A DNA stretch of 54,505 nt, counting the filler, from Bipalium vagum (taxonomy: Eukaryota): the NCBI GenBank assembly GCA_037834085.1. It is 3 parts of 3 records of this genome, joined end to end, with 100 filler letters (N's around TTAATTAATTAA, not from the genome) between each part and the next. Parts side by side here need not be neighbours in the genome. Positions count along the whole stretch, not along the records: positions 37,851 to 54,505 come from JBBMKC010100245.1; 2 more parts are not named here. One strand, 5' to 3'. The notes beneath the pieces were generated by a model, which saw only the letters and a list, made by a program, of their open reading frames with translations, had not been told where the DNA came from and made no database searches. The number at the start of each line of letters is the position of its first letter. Position 1 is the stretch's first letter. Shown in pieces: positions 48,925 through 54,505 of this stretch. The position numbers were made by a program, and so were the translations under genes.

Positions 48925-49213
48925 TATTGAATCCTTAATTTAAAATAAATGTTTTAAATAATTTTTAATAATATAAAAGAAATTTAAAGTCTTTAAAAAA
49001 TCTAATTAATTAAATCCATCTTAATAAAACTTTTAGATAATTAATTTGTTTAAATAAATAATTAGAAAACATTTTTCATCAACCCAATTATTTTCATCAA
49101 ATAAATATTATACTCAATTTTGACTTTCTCGATTCGGAAAGTGCAGATAACGTGGAAGAATAATTCTTATCACTTAACTTTAATTATTATCACAATTATT
49201 ATTCTTCTACTTA

Positions 49214-49244
<31 letters not shown>

Positions 49245-50989
49245 TCTATAATATTTCATAATATGACTTTTAAATTTATTATTAGAGAAAAAATTGTTCC
49301 CCATTAGTAGATTCAATATTTGAGAAATTTGGCTATTATTTAAACAAAAATCATCAATTGAGTACCCTTTTATTAATAATATTATTTATTTATCTTTAAT
49401 ATTAATTACCAAATATACAATCGAGTCATTATGTAGAAATTATGCATTCAGAGATTTATCTTTTGATAGAGTAACTCGAGAAAATTATTTTTCATCTATT
49501 AACCACTGCCGGCTTATATTTACATACATTTATTATTTATTATTTAAAACAGTGATTTTCCTCTATCACGCTGCCAGTTTGATTATTTTATATTCTCAAA
49601 ATAAATCAGTCGAAATTTCTCCTGAAGAATTCCGCTGGCCTCAATGTACTTATTTTGCACTGTATTCCATTGCCATCTTTAAACATTATAACGTTGCGCA
49701 AGAAAGGTGAATAAAATGCATGTTGAATATTGGACATGATTCCTGTATACATAAAAACCTTTCCGAGGTCTCACGAAAAACGTCAATTATCATAAACTAT
49801 TTGTTATTTCAAAAATAAATTACAAGTTCACAGATGATTTATTAATAAAATTTTAAAGATAATTTTTGATTAATTAATTGATATCGTTTCTGAGACAAGT
49901 CTAAATATTAAATCAATTAATTCACAAAAGTCCTGGTGGTTAAGAATATTTATTAAAATTATTCAATTAATATTAACAGTAAACTTTGATATTTATTTAA
50001 TAATTAAAACAAATGAAATTAATTAAATTTCAGAATATTAACGTAGAGTATGGAGTAAGAGATGGGATAAAGTTTTAGAAATTATTATCATACATCATTT
50101 TAATAAAAAATTAAGTTCCATAATAAATCTTTGGAAAGAACGGTTTGCAGTACCATTAACGAATGTCCTTTTCAAAGGGGCGATGTCCGCAACAATAATT
50201 TCTTCTAAATTATTCGTGATTTTAATGAATCTTTTTTTCTTTCTCTCTCATTGAATAAAATATTAAAGCACTGTCATTATATTTGTATTTGTTTTAATAA
50301 TATAATTTAATTATAAAAGGGCTAAGTGCAAAGTAATTTATTTGATAAAACATTTCTTTGTAGATTGTAAAGGGAAAGTTACCCTTTTTTCAATGAAATC
50401 TTATTTATTTCTTCAAGAAGCAGGTTATAAAGAAAATATTTTCATTTAAAACAAATAAAAAATTCAATTTTCATAAAATTTCATATATTACTTATTCTTG
50501 TTAGGGGCAGTGCAATATATTTATTTATCTCTGTCAAATATAAAATAATATTTTCATAAAATGATCTGATCCTTTATATATTATGTTCTGGAAAATATAT
50601 TTCTCATTTAAAATATATAAAAAATAAAAATAAATAAATAATATTTTTATGGCGGAAACTGGTACGATTCTTTTCATCGTTCAGTATTTAGTAAGAAAAA
50701 ATTTTCTTAAAATTTGATTATTAATATAAATGTTTTTTACTATGAAAGTTTGCTCTCAAAAAGGTTTAATTTTCTTTGGAAATCCATCTTAATATTCAAT
50801 TGTCTCAAAATTTTGTTATTTGGAATATTCTTGAGGAATATTGTTAAAATTAGTATTATTATTGTAAACTGACTTCCTGTTTCCTCAACATCCAGCAGAT
50901 TGATATTGACGAAAACATGTTAAAGGTCCTTTTCAATTGACAGGATTCACTATGATAGCATTTTCTTGACCATACTCATCGAATATTTT

Positions 50990-51690
50990 AATTTAATGAA
51001 AGTTTCTTTCGAATCTCATCAAGTCTTAGCAAATTTAGCAGTGGTGACATGAATTTGGTAAGTAAAACCATGGAAAACCGGTTTGTTGTTTAGGTAAAGG
51101 CAGATTAAAAACAGTTTTTGAAGAAAACACTCGCAAGCAGTGAGAGAACTTGTACAAAATCTCAAAAAATTCCCTATTTCTGCTCAGCTCAAGAAGCTTA
51201 GGAAGTTAAAAAATTTCATTCAAGGGTTCCAAAAGATTTGAGTGAAAACCATCAAAAATCAAGATTAGAAATTTGTTGTTTCTTTATTATTCTGATTCAA
51301 ATTGATCTTTTTTATTCTCATTGTAACATATGATGAAAACTGGATTGCATACGATAATCAGAATAATCGATAATCAGCAGAATGGCTAGACTCTGATGAG
51401 CAGACTGAACAGATCCTGAGCGAAGCCCTCGCCTATAAAAGCCAACGATAAATCTTTGGTGGTCTGCAGTTGGATCAATCCATTATAATTTCTTAAAATC
51501 TAGTGAAACTATTACTGTACAATAATACTGTCAGGAAATTGAAACCATGCACAGAAAATCACTTGACATGCTACGGGGCTGACAAATCTAAAAGGCGTCA
51601 ATTTTGCTTCACAATAATGCAAAAAAGTACTTTTCTCAAACGAATGCACAGAAATTGCATGAATTATAATATGATGTTTTGCCTCGGGTC
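50990..51690 (+). mobile_element. Decayed cecropia-type (Hsmar1-like) mariner
   Basis: IVTYDENWIAYDN...SAEWLDSDE; LWWSAVGSIHYNFLKSSETITVQ*YCQEIETMHRK; ILLHNNA. Confidence 0.85.
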
Positions 51691-53047
51691 TTTCACCAAA
51701 AAGATTATTGACTGTTCAGGGACATGGATGCTTTTTTCAAAATGAATGATCACAGAATTAAGGCAACGTTTATCACTAAGAAAATTGGCATTATCTTGCC
51801 AGTTATAAAAATCATGGCATATTTAATGTCCATTTATTCGTTATCGTTCCGTCACCTTAAAGAAGGTGATTTTTTTTACTATTTTTATATCATCTAATGA
51901 AATATAGCTCTACTGGAACAGCAAGGACACTTTGAAATGAGCAAAAAGTTGACCAACGCATAATATTTCCAAAGGTAATCACATTGAACGTACTCCTAAT
52001 AATAAAAATAATTAAATAATATTATTTCTGTCACGGGAAAGTTATTAAGAATTTATTACCGTTTTCTTCCAATGTCTTTCTAAAACCGAAAGCCTCCATA
52101 TGTCATATGGTATATCTTCGACGTGTATTCATTTCTGTGTCAAATTTTAATATAAAAATAAAGATTATTAAAATTATCAAAAAAAAAATTTCCAAATAAT
52201 AATTTTGACTCTTAATAAAGCAGACTTTTGATATCGGAAACATCAATACGGTCAAAGATGAAATGGAAAATTATGTATAATTGAAAAATTGAAATTGTAA
52301 ATATTCTTTTTTAATATAATATTCAATATTAAACGACATCTGAAAATAAAGCTCTCTTTAATTACATGTCAAAATGATAAAAATATGTAAAGGGAAAACG
52401 TCATTTCTAAAACGATAAAAAAATTCTCTTGCTTAAAAGCGATAAATCAAACAAGATACAAGTTTCTAGTTGGATATGGATTATCAAAAGGTACTTCCGG
52501 CTGTAGTTAGTTCCTTTATGATGTAATACATATTGATTGATCTATTTCATTAAATTAAATTTCTTAATTTATATTTTACATTTTTTTTCATAATAAAACG
52601 ATTAATAATATATAATATTTTTTTCATTATAAAGTTTTCGAAAACGGTAAAAAATCTCTTTCACACGAAATTATTATTTGACGACGTTGATAATAAATAA
52701 TAAAATTTAATTCTTTTCTTCGAATATAAATTATTGATAAATCGAGAAGGACTTACGTTGTACATGAAATATTATTATTATTTTATTTATTTAAAATATG
52801 ACAATATCACTATTGAAATGGTTTTAAATTTAATTGAAAAAGTATTTAATTAAAGAAGAAAATATAAATAAATAAATTGAAAGTATCAAAATCATTGTAG
52901 AAATATATTTTTAATGTATAATTTATTTTAAAGTTTAAATAATATTTTATTCTGTTATTTTTAAATTATTTATTTTTATTTTTTTAGAGAATATTTTTGC
53001 TGCTTCTTTTTATTTCTTATTTAAAAGATAAAAAATTTCTTAAATCC

Positions 53048-54400
53048 CATACTGGTCAAAAGTTTGAAAAGACTAATGAAAAAATTAAATTCGAAGATTT
53101 TAGTCTTATTCAACTGATTTAATTTCTTTTACTTATTGATTTTTATGTCTTACTGTTTTCAAGTTAAAAAATTGACATACTTTTTATTACGATTACATTA
53201 AAGCTATTTTTACAAGCAAAATCATAAGAGTTAATTTTTATTGATGTAACCACCTTTTACTTTAATGGTGTTAACGCATATTTCACGTAGGTAATCTCTC
53301 CACAAGCGTATGTAGTTTTTCTACACTTCTTTTGTTCCAATCATCATTCAAGGAATTCAACATGTCTATTTGGCTGTTTTTCCTATATTTCTTATTTGAT
53401 GGTTAAGCTCATACAAAAGTATTTCGATTGGACTAAAATCTGGAGATTGTGGTGGCCATTTTAATATTTGAATTATTCCACCTTTTTTCTTTAAATAATT
53501 ATAACGCAACTTAGAATTGTGTTAGGGGTCGTTTTCATGTTGAAAAGTTAAACCATGGGAAAGTAGGTCAATGCCAGATGGGGTTGTGTATTTCTAAAGA
53601 ATGCGATGATATTGCCCTTTCCTCATGATGCCATCAAATTTCACTAACGTGCTAACTCCATCATAAGGAAACCAACCTTATACCATTAGTAAACCATCTC
53701 CATGTTTCAATATAGGTGATTTCACACTGGGGTTTTTATCGTTCATTAACTTTTCTTTGAAAAAATTGTCGACGATCATTCCTAAAATGTTCAAAATTTG
53801 ATCCATCAGTCCATAACACTGATTTCCATTGATGGGCTATCCAATCTTTATGCTTAATAGCAAATTCTAATCATTTTCTAATATTTTCTAGACGAATGAA
53901 TGGTTTCGCTGCTTCAATAAGTCAAAACATTCCTTTTTCTCGTAGTCGTCATTGAGTGGTTGACAGAAAAAATAGGCAAAAATAACCTTTCATTTATTTT
54001 AGCTCTGATATCAGAAGCAGATTTGAATCGGTATGCAGTACTAGTTGTTAATATCTTATCATCAGTTCTTTTTGTTTTTTCTTGTGAACAACCAGATTGA
54101 TTACTATCAATATTTTTACCTGATTCGCGGTGACGCAGTATAGTTTTCGAAATTATACCTTTTTAAACTTTCAAACTTTTGCGATTTCCTCACATGATTT
54201 GCCTTTCTCACTCAAAATAACTATTTACGGTCTTATTTTCTATTGGAATTTCTTTTGATTTACCCATTACACGTATTTTGAGGAAAAGATAAGATATCAA
54301 TAAGATTTAAACTATAGTGTGTTTTATATTTTAATTTTAATTCAAAATTATATATAGGTTGCGTGAAAAGTTCTGAAAGCAGCACATATAAAACAATGTA
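53048..54400 (-). mobile_element. Decayed Tc1 (DD34E) element
   Basis: MGKSKEIP; AAKPFI...LEFAIKHKDW...WKSVLWTDGS; KHGDGLLMV*G; FQHENDP*HNSK; LKWPPQSPDFSPIE; TIR-like TACTGGTCAAAAGTTTG at the left end. Confidence 0.85.
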
Positions 54401-54505
54401 AGGTAAAATATTTCTATGCTATTTTAAAATACCATATTTTAGCATAACACATTAAAAATTTTGTTTTAATACATCACTTTATTATTATTATATGACACAT
54501 GATTT

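Noticed and set aside
1-54505. CRISPR arrays, tRNA or rRNA genes, prokaryotic systems
   Set aside because: No regularly spaced direct repeats, cloverleafs or rRNA-like segments were seen; the DNA is eukaryotic with spliceosomal introns.

Overview
Very AT-rich (eukaryotic, intron-containing) animal DNA, most consistent with a triclad flatworm (planarian); the taxon is an inference. Host genes, all on the minus strand: the first two coding exons of wntless/evi (gene continues off the left edge); a complete 3-exon, 507-aa C2H2 zinc-finger protein with three AT-hooks; the last exon (TM6-TM7, C-tail) of a class A peptide-type GPCR; a 5-exon, 357-aa TBATA/SPATIAL-like gene; and a candidate 2-exon, 68-aa secreted peptide gene. 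The rest is a graveyard of decayed transposons: several mariner lineages, Tc1/Tc3, maT, rosa/DD41D, a DD39D(plant-mariner/Guest)-like element nested in a mariner, Merlin, a pogo-type MITE, and gypsy/LTR and LINE fragments. A Penelope-like terminal repeat carries a minimal hammerhead ribozyme. Two 100-nt gaps contain an artificial TTAATTAATTAA linker, so adjacency across them is uncertain. All homology calls come from remembered motifs; no database searches were run.
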